DNA from: Chlorokybus atmophyticus
Taxonomy: Eukaryota > Plantae > Mesostigma and Chlorokybus algae
DNA: 64,000 nucleotides
Reading direction: 5' to 3'
Assembly (NCBI GenBank): GCA_009103225.1
Contig: RHPI01000193.1
Location: 186,001 to 250,000, forward strand
The translations under genes and the position numbers were made by a program. The first letter of the stretch is position 1; the number at the start of each line of letters is the position of its first letter. This document shows positions 39,322 to 52,597 of the stretch, one piece after another. A model generated the notes under the pieces. That model was not told the origin of the DNA, did no database searches, and saw nothing but the letters and a program-made list of their open reading frames with translations.

Positions 39322-41618
39322 CACTTGTTAATGGTACGAATTGCCATTGCCATTGTACAAAAGTATCATTTCAATGGTACCTTTTGGCAAATGCATTTTC
39401 GTACCATTCAAATGGTACAATCAGGATAATTATGCAAACTCACCCCACCCTTGGTGTGCAATGGCTTGATCGTACCATTACAATAATACGACGGAGCCGT
39501 CACGCCAGTGGATGCGGCCAAGTTTCTCGCCTATGGCATGCAAGGGTAGCGGCGGCAGCGGCGGCGGCGGCGGCGGTGCGTGTTGCTGGACATGATGATG
39601 CTGGTTATATTGGCGACACCTGTGTCGACGTCAATAGTGAGCAATGGGAGTCTTTTGTCCGTAATGCCACTCGTGCTTCGTCACCCGCAGCTCGGTCTAC
39701 ATGCACATTGTTAGCAGCAGGGTGCCCGACATGTTCATTGAGGCAGTGGCGCATCCTGTGCCCATGGCTCACGAGCCCCGTGACGAATCTGTAATTGAGG
39801 GTGGCGGGGAGAGTGCACCCAATACCACCTTGTCAGCCCCCATGGCTTCCCCTGCTCCATGCATCCCATGGGCCACTGAGGTAAGTCGATGTCTCTTATA
39901 ATTGTGCCTAGGTAACAATGCGTCAGGCACATATGTACATATGTATGCATGCATATGCTTATATTTGTCCTTTGCAACATTGTGAGCCATCTTATTCTAG
40001 GGCCTATATACAGCCCCCCTTGCTGCATGCACAAGTGGTCTCACCGACCGCACCTGCTCCCCTCGCAGTCAGAGCGCATCCACCTTCCACGGCACCAGTC
40101 CTTCATGCACTGCCGTTTCCTCCACGAGCAGCACCGGTGATTGCGGGGCAACAATCATTTTTGCAACCGGTGAGAGCACAACACAATGCAACAACCGATG
40201 TGGCTTTTGCATCTACCTTACCCCACCCGCTGCAAGTTAAAGCCGGCAATCTGCTCCAAGCTCAGGTACTTCATCAGTCATTGTGACTCTTACCGTTGAC
40301 ATTTTGACACACCATTTGAGTGATGTATGCGCATGTAGCAGGGGTCACCACCTGCTAGCGGGTCATTGGAGGAGCTAGCCGCAACCCGCGTACAGCCATC
40401 AGCAAGTGGCATTGAAGGAACAGTTGATGGGATTAAATCTGAGCTTGCATAGGATCTCCAACAGGACCTATTGCACTGTGGTGCTGTCAACCAATCACAT
40501 ATGGGTTAGCTGCATGCTTGCACACTACAATTGCAATAGTCACCTGCGTCACACCGTCATCACTTGGTTGCTTCGAACAGTCACCTACGGCATTGGTGGT
40601 TGATGCACAAATGATTGCATGGACTGCGTCATTGCTGGTTGATGCACTACTGGTTAAATGCCGGATGAATGGCCACGTGCTCCTATGCTCAAACCCAACC
40701 TACTTCATTCGGCACGCGCGACTTCGCACGCTCACGCATATCCTAGCATGCAAAGGTAGGCATGCATTGGAGGTGCATGCAATAAACATGCACAGCGAGA
40801 TTGGCAACAACATACCGCCGCCCAGCTTTGTCTACCTGTTCTGGCTTCCGCAATGTAGGCTTGACAATGGGGTGGGTGTGGGTGAATAGAGGAGGCCTGC
40901 AGCCACGCAACATGTATCATATGGACTGCGCTAAAACACACATAACTCTGCAAGGAAATGCATGTGAGTGTTGAGCGTACCTCTGCATTCGTTTGTGCTT
41001 GTTCTCCCAGACGCAATTGGTCACGCATGGTTTTTACAAGGGGCTCCAAGGACTGCAGCTCCTAATTCGCTCCTTGTTGCAGAAAGTGAGCCACCAAGCA
41101 GCTCTCTTTGTGAGAATGGTCCTTATTGGCTTGCCTGCTGGTTTGTCTAATGTTGGTGATGCATGTTGGACAGCCCCATTGCTGATGCCTGCCATGATCT
41201 ATGACGTGGCGCCTGGTATTTGCTGGCTTCGCTGCTTGAACTCTTACGACTACAACTTCTCGCAAGATGTGCCACACCGCCGCCGCCGCCTCCTACTCCT
41301 CCTGGTCCTCCGCCTCCTAATCGAACCCGAGTCTACTATGCCTGACATTAGCCCCGTCATCGACCAAATGCCCCTGCGTGCCATCATCCGGCCATTAATG
41401 AATCTGTTTGGGTTAGTGCACGCTAACTCCCATTAGGGCTGGTCGAGCAATGCCTCTGTCGTACCTTGGATGGTACGACAGAGCTATTGTACGCCAATAG
41501 CCGGGGTTGGATGAGATATGCCTCTATCGTACCATAAATGTTACGCCCAAGCCATTGTTACCCTTGCTTGTACGAAGCATGGATGATACGATTCATAAGT
41601 TGTACCATCAACCATAGG
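39322..41618. mobile_element. Possible old non-autonomous DNA transposon bounded by ATGGTAC/GTACCAT arrays
   Basis: Motif clusters at 39330-39480 and 41454-41610, including the hairpins GTACCATT-CA-AATGGTAC and CTCTGTCGTACC-6nt-GGTACGACAGAG. The outer ends form an imperfect IR (about 11/15). No TSD confirmed. Confidence 0.4.
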
Positions 41619-41784
41619 AGATAAGGACGCACTACAAGTGCGACTCTAGTGCGGGGCATTGGACGTTGAAAACCGCTTCTTTTTCGCGCCTCGTACATTT
41701 GGGCGGGCCAATCAGCGGCGGCAGCGTTGCACGCGGCAGCGCCACCATCGGCTTAGCAGGCGGCACCCGACTATCATTTAGAGA

Positions 41785-43400
41785 GATGCCTCGTGGTCCA
41801 TATGTAGGTGCACCTCGTCGTGGAGGTCGGCGCCCAACTCCGCATTGCCCCCAGGGTTCAACCAGGCAACCGTTGCCAACCAGAAGCAGCCACTCTTGGC
41901 CAACCAATTGCAGCAAGACCCCGCGCTAACGCCCAGCCCATCACAACAACTCCACCTGACACCGCAGTCGCAAGAGCAAGCTAGAATGCATGCGTTCTCA
42001 ATGCACTGTGCACGTTGCGTCTTGCTCATTTTTAAACTTTGATGCTTGCTTCTTTCATGACTGGCACAGTGACTCACTGCATGTGTTCTGGATACACTGT
42101 GCACGTTGCTTCTTGCTTAACTATGATAGTTGCATCTAGGTAAGCAATGTGTGACACTGTGACACGGATTGTTCTGCCGTGGACGACATTTGCGAGATGC
42201 CATCGTTAAATTTATAAACGGCCATTGGGTAGAAAGCCACATTTATCCCAAGGAGGACGCTATTCGTAACGTCATGTGCTGTGAATGCTTCATGACCTCA
42301 CTACACCGTGACACTGACCAACCTGCCCGTGACAGGTAGTTGGCTTCAACCATGACGACGAGGCCAATGAGGCTAATTTATATGACGTGTATTGGACGCC
42401 CAAGGAGTGCCCTTCCACCAAAAGCGAGAGATGGAGTGTCGCCTTGAAGAAAGCTACACAGGTCTAGTCTGAGAATGTCACCAAGATCCAGCATGTCCTT
42501 GAAGGAGTACAAGTGGATACTGTTGAACAGCAACAAGCGCAAGCGAGTTGGGTACCTCACCACCATGTTTGCTATGCAACACTGCCTTCTTACTCAGCCT
42601 CCATACACACGTATGCATCTCGCCTATTGTAACCGATTCAATCAGGCACATTGTCGCCCCAATGGACCCCGAGACTCAAAAAGCCCAGTTGCGCAACGCA
42701 CTTCAAAGTAAGTCACCGGCACTATTTTAGCCTAGTGCAGGCTCAACCCGAACTATCTATCGTGACCAATGCCTTGTTGATATGACTCTCGCAGACAAGT
42801 CATGGCGGAAATTTGAGTTGACCGACAATGCAGACCCGAAGCGGAGGAGATACATCCATAAACGGGGCAATCTCATAATCTGGCAAATGATCGTGCAATG
42901 CTGGTCTTACGCCGTTATTACACCTGGTCGCCGGTACTTGACAGTCAACCGCCTCGCATACCTTTTGCTTACGTTGAGCACTCTAAACTGAATTTCTAGC
43001 AATTCATGAATGCGGTAGCCCCAAACTACAGGCTTGCAGATGCGCTGCAGTGAGTAGTGGCTTATAATGCCACTAAGACATGCCTGTAAACTACGCAGGT
43101 GGAGCGCATTTTAAAGGGCAAGGATGGATACCCTCTCCTAGCAGCCAGCATTGACACACATGAAAAGTACCTCTGCGAAATCAACATCATGTCAATAAAG
43201 CGGGAGATGAGGCAACAGTACGCAGCCCTCCAGCCATTCACCCTTGTGAAACGCCGCACTGCATTTCTCTGTCGAATACCCCAGAGATCCCAATCGGCGC
43301 TGGCCGCAAGAGACAGCAGCTCGTAACCCACTCGCTGAGGCAGAAGCGGCATTTGATTGGCTGGCGCAACCGTTCGAAGAGGAGGGAGAGCAAGCTCCGG
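41785..43400 (+). pseudogene. Unidentified multi-exon coding relic, possibly a TE accessory gene
   Basis: Exon-like pieces with AG/GT edges: HGLFCRGRHLRDAIVKFINGHW, VVGFNHDDEANEANLYDVYW, PMDPETQKAQLRNALQ|KSWRKFELTD, VERILKGKDGYPLL. No family recognised. Confidence 0.35.
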
Positions 43401-43874
43401 CGTATCCTCTACATTTCCCAGCGCGTAATGGTTTGTTCCGAACAAAGCATTATGGAGTCCATAATGACATGCAAGGCGATAATGGAGTTGAGCTGTAGCG
43501 CAGTTGGTAGTCCGTTTAGCTGGTAGTGTACGCAGCTGCAAGGCTCTTGACTTAGTGTTGTGCATTTTAAACCAGCTCAGTCCATTGTCATTATGCTCAT
43601 GCATGTAACAACTTGCATCTCTATGATATACAACAGAATTGCAAGCAACGCAAGTGACATAATCGAACTAAAGCCTTAGCAAGTGACTGAGAGACACTGT
43701 ACACACCTCAGGTACCTGTACACACCTCAGGCACATAACGATGCTAGCAGTCAGTGGCAGTCGCGTGTAGTCATGTTATGCAAATACATATAACGACAGC
43801 TAGGCATCAGTCACCTTTAGTTGTTTAAAGAATGCCTTATCTTGTGGACAACTACCTAGTTGGTGCTTGTGAAT

Positions 43875-44160
43875 TAGGCTTAGTCGCCTGCGCTAGACTG
43901 GTGTGTAACCTGCAGATGCCTGTCACATAGGCTGAATCACTTAAGCTACACTGGTGTGTAACTTGCAGGTGCTTGTTAATCAGGTATAGTCACCTGTTAA
44001 GGCCTGATGTGTAACTTACAGGTTCTCGTTTATCAGGTATAGTCACCTGTAAGGCCTGATAAATAACTTACAGGTGCCCGTAAATGAGGTCTAATCACTT
44101 TCTAAGGACTGATAAGTAACTAACAGGTGCCTGTTAATTAGGCATAGTCAACTATTAAAG
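43875..44160 (+). repeat. 53-bp minisatellite, about 5.5 units
   Basis: Unit starts at 43875, 43928, 43981, 44034, 44086, 44139; consensus approximately CAGGTATAGTCACCTGTTAAGGCCTGATGTGTAACTTACAGGTGCCTGTTAAT. Confidence 0.88.
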
Positions 44161-46089
44161 ATTAAATTGCAACAGGAAGAGCCTGATAGTAATAGGCACC
44201 AAAGAACTCAATATACAAGCTCAAAATAGTATACAAGGCGACTCTGGTCAACATTGTACTCAGGTCCCTGTATTGAGATTACAGGCGGACTGGGCCACGA
44301 CAGTTTAAATGAGTACCTTCAGGTGCACGGCCGTTGTCAATATTTAGTCGACCGGCAGGGGAAACATTTTGCAACGACAGCACCGCCTCTTTACGCCTGC
44401 CTCCCCTCATGCACACTGCCACCACTGTTTACCTCACCCGGCGATGCCACAATGCCGCCCCCAGCTGCTCCAGCCACATCGTCGCCTCCATCTGTTTTTG
44501 CCATACCGCCGCCGCCGCCTCCGACGCTTTACCAATACCATACCGTGCAGAAGCAACCACTAGCCATAACGTGGAGTGTAGAATGTGAACAGCAACAATA
44601 TGCGATCGGCTTGTTGAAAGATTGTGTTGTGTTTGAATTTGTGTTTTTGATCATTGGCCACTCAAAACATGGAGCTTACCATGCGAGAAATAGACTAAGC
44701 TTGTAGTAAGTAATACCATGACTGTAACAAGATGCATGCAATAATGTATTACTGCATCGGATTGGGGTGTACTACTCACATGCAATTTTCAATAATCACT
44801 AGTTATCACATATCACTAGTTATCACATAACATAAATTGGTAGTAATACTACTGCAATTACATCGAGTTTGATAATACAGCATATCAAACATACATATTA
44901 GCAACACTTGCAGTAATTGGTATTTGTAGTATAGAAAGGGGGCGGGGTATAATTACGTTGCTGCAAATAAACAACTATCGTATTTAAAGCATCATTGCAT
45001 ATAATAAACATGACTAGACAAAAGCACTTATGTAGCATAATGTTTACCTTAACCTACTGACGGAATGAGAAAAGTCTTAAATTCAATTATGCCAATGGGA
45101 AACGAGCTGCATCGTCATACAATTTGCATTTTATTAGCATGATGCAAGTTAATGTAGATGTTGGCAACACTCATGGTAATTGCATGGTAGTATTTATGAA
45201 TTATACAATCTATCCGATCGTGAATATCCTCAATTACCAATAATACATGAGATAGAAGATATTGCATTTATATAACCACGTGATAAGATGTCGAGCACGC
45301 TTCATTTATACAATTTACAAAAACGGTCTCAGCTTCAAAGCAATACAAACTTTTAATGTGTCTTGTATCATTATTGCTGTGCTGATACAGCACATTTGCT
45401 TGTGTTCTCATGCATCGTATATATACACATGAGAACTCATGGTGTTCATTGTCATTATGTAACCGCAGTAATGTGGAGCCATCCAGCAAGCATGGGTCAC
45501 GACATGACACAAGATGCATACAGCGTCTCATGCTTATAGCAATCCGTGGCTTACATAAGCATAAGGGTTGCGTGACTGTCGTCACTACATGTCTGTCAAT
45601 GTTCCTGCAAGGTTCTGCGGTGAGGACAACGCCAGTGGCGTGACACCACACTGCACCAAGCGACGAGTCGCAACCACGCAGTGTCTGCGCAAGCTCGCAT
45701 GGCATGCTTACTGCTCACTGCATTGAATTTAAACCTCAGGGCAGCAGACTTACGAGGACTCGACTTCTGTACCTCCATCCAATGTCACCTGCTGCAGCAC
45801 GCCCCCTACCGAGATTGCTCTAGTCTGGTGCGCTATCATGTAAGCTCGAAACAAAGACTTTGTGCCTAAGTTCCTGATACCCAAATTACCAATGCAACAT
45901 GAGAGGTCGTTTTTATCCAAGTCCCTAGCTGGCCGCACGTGAGTCCGCACCACCACCTCGCAACTCCGCCGGCTTTGTCCGGTGCTATTACCAGGCAATG
46001 CCAATACAACACAGCGTGTAACCTTGTCCAAAGCGGTCACGTTTGTCGCTGTGTCTGGTGTCCTTCGGCGCAGGTGGTGAAGCCGTGAC

Positions 46090-46120
46090 TTAGGGTTTGG
46101 CGTGCATTAGGGTTTGGCGT
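46090..46120 (-). promoter_or_regulatory. Two telo-box-like motifs (AAACCCTAA) in a 17-bp-period direct repeat
   Basis: TTAGGGTTTGGCGT at 46090 and 46107, just upstream of the glycosyltransferase first exon. Confidence 0.45.
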
Positions 46121-46125
46121 AGGCG

Positions 46126-49100
46126 GTGTGGTCGTCGTGGGCGGCGGCGGCGGTGTGGTTGTCGTTGCTGGGGGCGGGGAGTGGCCATTGGCACTACACC
46201 TCTGCACTAAGCGGATGGCCGGGGCGGGGTAGCGATCGTGATCCGGAGTTGGGCGCTTGGATGGTCTCTGGGGCCCTGGCTAAGGAAGAGCCCAGGAATA
46301 AGAGGAGGAGGGGAGATCAGCTGCTCGGCGCTTATTCTGCAACCTCCTTCGCTGCCGACGACGACGAGAACAGCAGCGACGACATGAACGGGCCGTCGTC
46401 AGGCAGCCTCGCCGCCCGGCGCAATCACGCCGCCGCTGCTGCCGCCGCCGCCGCGTCAGCCTCCGGCAAGTCCTCCAGCTCTGCCCCTTATGGCTCCCAT
46501 TTAGGCTCCAGCAGGCAAGCATAAGGGGGGTTGTTATTGCAAGTGCTTATTGCATGCACTTCAGCACAGTACATTGTTCTCTTACCATAAGAGCAAATCC
46601 AGCAGGCATGCAAGTCAATAAGTATGCAGTTATTTCCCTACTTAAATCGTTGTTTCTGTAAGCAGGAGATCAGGGTCACTGCTGACTGGAGTGGGGCTTG
46701 TGGCGGTGGCGCTTATGCTCGCATGGGCCGTCGCATTTATGCCTTTGGAGGTCGTCAATGCTGTCTGGAGAAAACCCTTCCAGGTGCATGTTTTTCCAAG
46801 GTCAAACTGGAATTGCTTGCTCAACATGCAATAATCAATAATCATGCTTGCATTGTTGATCGTAACAATGCAAGCGTTTTGCAGGTGCTGCAATTGGGGG
46901 ATGGAACGCTTTCCCCTTTTGCAGCAGCGAGGCAGGCCAAGTTCTCCAATTGGCAGCGTGTCATGCGCCAAAGCCAGGTAAAAGCCACTGATTCTGATCT
47001 GGTCTTGTGGTAGCTATTTATGAGTGGTATCCATGTTAGTGTCAGATTGTTTCGTATACTGCTGCTGCTGCTGTTGCTGCTGCCGTTGTTGTTGTTGTTG
47101 TTGTTATTGTTGTTGTTGTCGTCGTTGTCATCATTGTAATCTAGTCACAATGTGTTCGTGTGCAGAGTGCAGTTGCGGGGCCGGCAGCATCGGAGCTGCT
47201 GGTGGTGATGGTCCCTAGTGCGGATCATGCGGACCCACCCACCACCACACCCACCGGACGCTCTGAGTTTGTGCGCCGTCGCAAAGTCCGTGACGCCGCC
47301 TACAAGGTAACTTTGATGATGTGCTCCCATTGGTTTTAAAGGTAGTTTGGATTCCAGAAAGGTTGTCAATGCCATGTTATGTTGTGGGTTATGTGCTAAG
47401 CTCTTGAAATGACTTGTCGTATTCAGTTTGGTTGTCTGCCATGTTTGTTGTGGGTTTGTGTGATTCACTTTCAGATGACTTGTGCTACATAGCTTGTATA
47501 TCCAGATTACAGGCAATGGTTATACTGTACAGATTGCTGATGTTGTGCGTACTGCATGGGTGTGCGCGTGCGCACACGCATGCGTGATGTGGTCCGTTGT
47601 GTACCTGTGTTGTGACCTGTCTTTGTTACACTTGGCCCAGAGCTGCCTGCAATGAATTGCAAATGTGGTTTCATATCCTGATCCACAACAGGTAGGACCT
47701 GAGCCGGTGTGGTTGGGAGAGAGCGACATTACTGACCCACTAGTTCTCGCAGACGATAGTTGGTTGCACCTGGTGAGTTGCCGCGTATGCATAGCTGAAC
47801 AACATGCCAGAAACTTTGACACGTATGCACTGACACATGTGTGTTTTGCTTCAGACACCCCACATTTATGCCGCGGACGTGCCTGACGTCAACCTAACCT
47901 CCATTGTGGGCGGGACCGTTGGCGCGGATGCGCGTGAGGTGGCTGTGCTGAAGTACGCCCACAAGTCCCGAGCGGGACAGTTCCAGTGGCTTCTCCTCGG
48001 CGAGTACGACACGTACTTCGTCATCTCCAACATGCGCCCATTCCTAGCTGATCTGGACTCCAACCAGCCTTACTTCATTGGCTTGCCCGCCGATAGCAAA
48101 GCGCCCGTTTGTCAAGTGACAGATGTGCCGTGCAAGCAAGACGACCCAAAACCGGCTGCGACTGTGACGGGAGCGGGTTACATCATCAGCGCCGGGCTGT
48201 TGAACAGCTTGTCCGATGCAAACTGGCACAGGTGCGCGTGAGTGTTGCACAACTAGAGAAATTCACGTGTGTATGCGCATGCGCTTGCGTGCGCGCGAAT
48301 GTGCGCACGAGTACTCCCTGCATGGACACAGATGACACACAGCTTGCGCTGCATGTGGGCAGCATCATGTTCTTGCAATCCGATTTTCATTCAGTTATTG
48401 ACACATGTTCTCAACGTCATATAGATGCACGTCGGAGACATTGCCGGCAAATGAGGAGGGAATCAAGCGCATACCAGCCTGCATGGCAGCATTGGGTTTG
48501 GGGCTTACCTCTTTGTCTCCCGGGCTACTAGCAGGCACTCCTTACAACGGCGAACGCACAGGTACACACGCGCACACACATGCACGCGGCTGTGCACTCA
48601 TGATACAACCTCACACTCTCGCATGCATGTGCGCATGTGTGGGCGCCACTTCGTTGCATGCAGCAAGAACTAGGGGTCCATGGTTCGTAAGCTAGCGTAA
48701 GCCATGCTCCGGTATCAATATACACTGTGTGTGGCACAGTATTGCACCCTCCTGCCACAAGCCCCTGGCCCAGGCCGCTGAGCTTCCACGGTGTTGAGGG
48801 CTCACCGGCGGACCTTTTCGAGATTGAATCGATGGACAGTCAGGACTCCTTCCCAATCACACCATGCTACAACTTTGTCGCATCTGTCGCACCGCTGTCA
48901 TGGAAACCCATGGCATCAAGAGTATGTGCGCTCGTGTTGTGTCATGTGTTAGCGCATGTCTGTGTGCATGTGTGCGCGCACATGCGCGTGTATGTGTGCA
49001 TGTGCGCTAGTTCAAACGCGAACATTTGTTCTTGGCTTTCTAGGAGGGCAGCGAGTTGGGCTTGCAACTTGCTGGACTGACGGGCGCATGGGCGGTGGCG

Positions 49101-50211
49101 TATTCGACATGCCGCCACCTGTGGGCCCCATGGATTGGCATGCTGTGGCCGTTTGAAAAGTTCATGCAAGGGGTCAGCCTCCTCGAGGTCGACAGCTATG
49201 AGAGCTTTGAGAAGCAGGCCAACCGCGATTCCTTGCAAACTGGTGCGTGGTGTGTGGTTATGTTGTACTTGTTGAAATTACCTGAGCGTTATTGACATAC
49301 AAGCGTTGGGGGTGTGCTCCAGTGCAAAGTTTGACTGGTAGCATGCAGTATAGCACACATATGGCAATGCTATACAGTGTGGCTTCTGTCGTCTTATGGT
49401 GGTTGTATAACAGGGCAAGTCCTGGCGTTTGATGAGAAGTTGGGCTCGTCACCCCCGTGGCCAACTGCGGTCTACACGGCATACCGCCTTGATCGGTAAG
49501 TTTGCCTTCGCATGATGTCTGTGTGTCGAGCACGTAGTTCTTGGCTCCTCATTGCGTGCACGCATGCGCGTGCACGCACACGCACATAATTATAGTTAGC
49601 ATGGAGTTGCCTCTCATTGCAGGTCGGGCGTCTCATTCAACGACTTCAAGGAAACGTATGTGCATCTGGCGGGCAATCTGACCGCTCCAGTAGAGGTCCA
49701 GCAGGAGATCACCAGCAAGCTCTCCGGCATTGAAGACGCCATCGCGTTGGTGCTGAACCAAAAGCTTGCATCTGACTCTGAACGCATCACCAACAACACC
49801 AACGCTATCATCAGCGAGCTCATTGCTACCAACCCGTCCCAAACCTTCCTCATAATTAGTGAAGGACCTGAGCAAGATGATATCTACGCAAGCTATATTG
49901 CAAACCTTGGAGGGAATGTCATCACCGTGCCGGAAAAGAGCTTGTTGCTTCAGTCTGATGCGGCGAAGTTGCAGCTGATATCGATGTGTGTGGGCATAAT
50001 GCAAGCACATTCCGGGAGCAGTTTGGCGGAGTTTGCGTCTATAATGGGCCGCGCACCCATCCTCAACCTCATGTCGGAGAACAGCCGGTACCTCGAGGGT
50101 CCGTTTGGGAGCTCTGTTGGGTTGTTGTTTGAGATGGCCTTCCCATGGGAAGCCAGGCCAGAGTTTATGCGGGCCGTGAAGCATGTGATGTCTGTGCGCA
50201 CTTCGTTGTAG
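46126..50211 (+). CDS. Fringe-like/GT31 glycosyltransferase with a C-terminal O-fucosyltransferase-like (GT-B) domain; about 10 exons, start uncertain
   Basis: GT31 core QWLLLGEYDTYFVISNMRPFLADLDSNQPYFIG..GAGYIISAGLL..RIPACMAALGLGLTSLSPG..PLSFH. Phase-consistent exons then give ELGLQLAGLTGAWAVAYSTCRHLWAPW..TFLIISEG..LQLISMCVGIMQAHSGSSLAEFASIMG; stop at 50211. Confidence 0.78.
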
Positions 50212-52049
50212 CTTAGTAGTATGTGTTTGTAGATGTAGGAGTATGTGTATACAGATGGTACTCTACATGCGTTACATGTTGCACATGTGTGCAATGGTGA
50301 TATCAGGCACATGGTGGCCTGTATTGGGTTGCAAATGCATGTTTTTTGGTAAGATTGCACGTTGTGCATATTTTACGTACGATCAAGGTGGGGAAAGTGT
50401 AGGTTGTGTGATGTCGCGGTCACATATGTGTTGTTGGTTTGAAGCAACAACGTCTGCATCATCTTGACGTAAATATCGAATGCAGATGTAACAAGATGTG
50501 GGATGTTGATTACAAATACGTGATGACTTGTCATTGCGCACATGTATAGGGTATACATAATAGTCATCCAAGGTCACACACATATTCTCACTTGCAAATG
50601 CTCAACACACCAGAACAAGTTAGCATCAACAAGCCAACACAATCAACACACCTAGCCTGCACCACGCTAAGTGCCCTATGTACGCTGCAATGCAAGTGTG
50701 GAGTACTGCCTTACATACCTTAAGGATCAGCCCCTCAAAGTCGTGTGTTGCTTTCTTCAATGATTGCTGAATATAATGTCATTAACTCAGTACGCATTAA
50801 TCAAGATTTACGCATGGTGTACAGAGCAAAAGCAAAATTTGCTCTCATGGCGGCAACGATTCATGCAAGCATGCATTTTTTGTATGTAAGTGCTTGAACA
50901 AATACTACTTGCACTTACCTACTAGATTTGAGCCCCTAGCTAGCACTCTAGTGTCCATATTTATATATTTATCCGCCAGTCTGGCTTGCTGGAATAATCC
51001 TGCGCATATAATTCTGCATGTGTGGCATTGCTTAGATACAATATAAATACACTTCAATAACGGATATACTATCATACCTCTTCCCGAAGCACACCATTGG
51101 TGGCAAGCAACAACGTGCTTGCACAGAGAAGAAATATAATCAATTTTGTACTGAGTAAAGTCCAAAATCGGTGCAATGCTTACGTTATGCATATCCTGTA
51201 AATTGATTGATTTCAAGTTCTCCCTTCCTATAATATCAACGCCTGAACTAATGAACTATGGCAGCAAAAAGTCGCTGCCATAAGGGGAGCTACTTGTCTC
51301 ATACATGCTCCATGCTTTATATGTTACACTCCATGTATGCACAAACTAGCCGTTTTTAGTGTGCTTAGATGGAGTGCGCAAGAGCTTACATATGGTCGTA
51401 ATTCGGCTGGTGAGAGATATTTCCTGGTGCCGATGTGCATATTTAACATGTGCACACTCCATGTATGGAGTGTGCATACATGGAGGTTAGCCTGTAGTAA
51501 GCAGTTGCCCATATGGCAACTTTATAAATGTGGGTTTGCGTGATCAGCTAAGATCCATAATCCAATGCTGCAAGCTTGCCTTTATAGTGACGTTGTTGCA
51601 ACTTGCAACAATATACATTAGTAATGTATATCGAGGCCTAGAGTCAGTACATGTGTTGTAACGAATTACTGTGCTTGCTAAGTGGTTATACACTGCACAT
51701 GCGCACACTATATTGTTATGAGTAAAAAAGCACATTATGTAAGTTAAAGTTACAAAATCATATTGACATACGCGTGCCGCACGCGTGATGGCATGTAACG
51801 CATGAAAACAAAAAGCCAGTTTGCGGACATATAAGCTGTTAATTATAGGGTGCGAAAGTGAATGTTTGGGCTTGACAGTTGGCAAGATAAAAAGCTGAAT
51901 TATGATATGCAACTTATTTCAACTTCAATTCAATCCTAATGATCCCGCTACCATGCTTGTATGGCCGCCCCTGTCACGCCTGTAAGGCTGGCAAAAGTCA
52001 TTCTCTGTCCCTTACTTAAGTTGATAAGAAGAGACCACGTTGGGACTCG

Positions 52050-52520
52050 TACTTTACAAGCGTGTGTAGCTCTTGTAGGGTACGCTCTCATGTAGGTCTG
52101 CCCTTGAGCCTATAAATTCTTGAGTATGATAAACCACACAAGGCATTGATGAGGTCTAGCACGGAGCTGGTCATTGCCTACGGCATGTGAGCCTTTCCTA
52201 TTGCGAGTATTGCGAGTTGCCACAGACACTGGCAGTTACAAGATTGTAAGCAAAGTTGGCAAACCTCAAGATGTGTACTGTGGTAGTGACATTTGCCACA
52301 GGTGTGACACTTCGCAAGGCAAGTGGTGCTTGTGGGCAATCCGCGAGTATATATGTACTAGGAGAGCCTGAGTTTGTGATTCCAAGGTAGGAATGTTAGT
52401 CCTGCATTACTCCGAGATGGTTCAATACTCCCGAGGTGGAGTTTGTTGAATCCGATTTGTTGGAACAAGGTCAGCGCATGGTGACAAGGCCTAAGTAGCC
52501 TTGGACATCCTGTGTGCCAG
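52050..52520 (+). pseudogene. Second fragment of the CACTA transposase family seen at 34.5-35.0 kb
   Basis: 52071-52135 matches the reverse complement of 34945-35000 (GCGTGTGTAG..CTTGAGCCTATAA). 52467-52506 GGTCAGCGCATGGTGACAAGGCCTAAGTAGCCTTGGAC matches the reverse complement of about 34585-34630. Confidence 0.7.
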
Positions 52521-52597
52521 GTCGGGTGAGCAGCATGTGGTATAAATGCCACGTCGCATCCTTAAGTAGGGATTGGATCAGTAGTGATCAAGACATC

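Noticed and set aside
43875-44160. CRISPR-like array (also the 57-bp arrays)
   Set aside because: Units are contiguous degenerate repeats with no unique spacers, the context is eukaryotic, and there are no cas genes.
41630-44708. CACTA element defined by CACTACAAG (41630) and CTTGTAGTA (44700)
   Set aside because: Only 8/9 bp match, no 3-bp TSD (ACG vs AGT), and the same 9-mer also occurs at about 29112.
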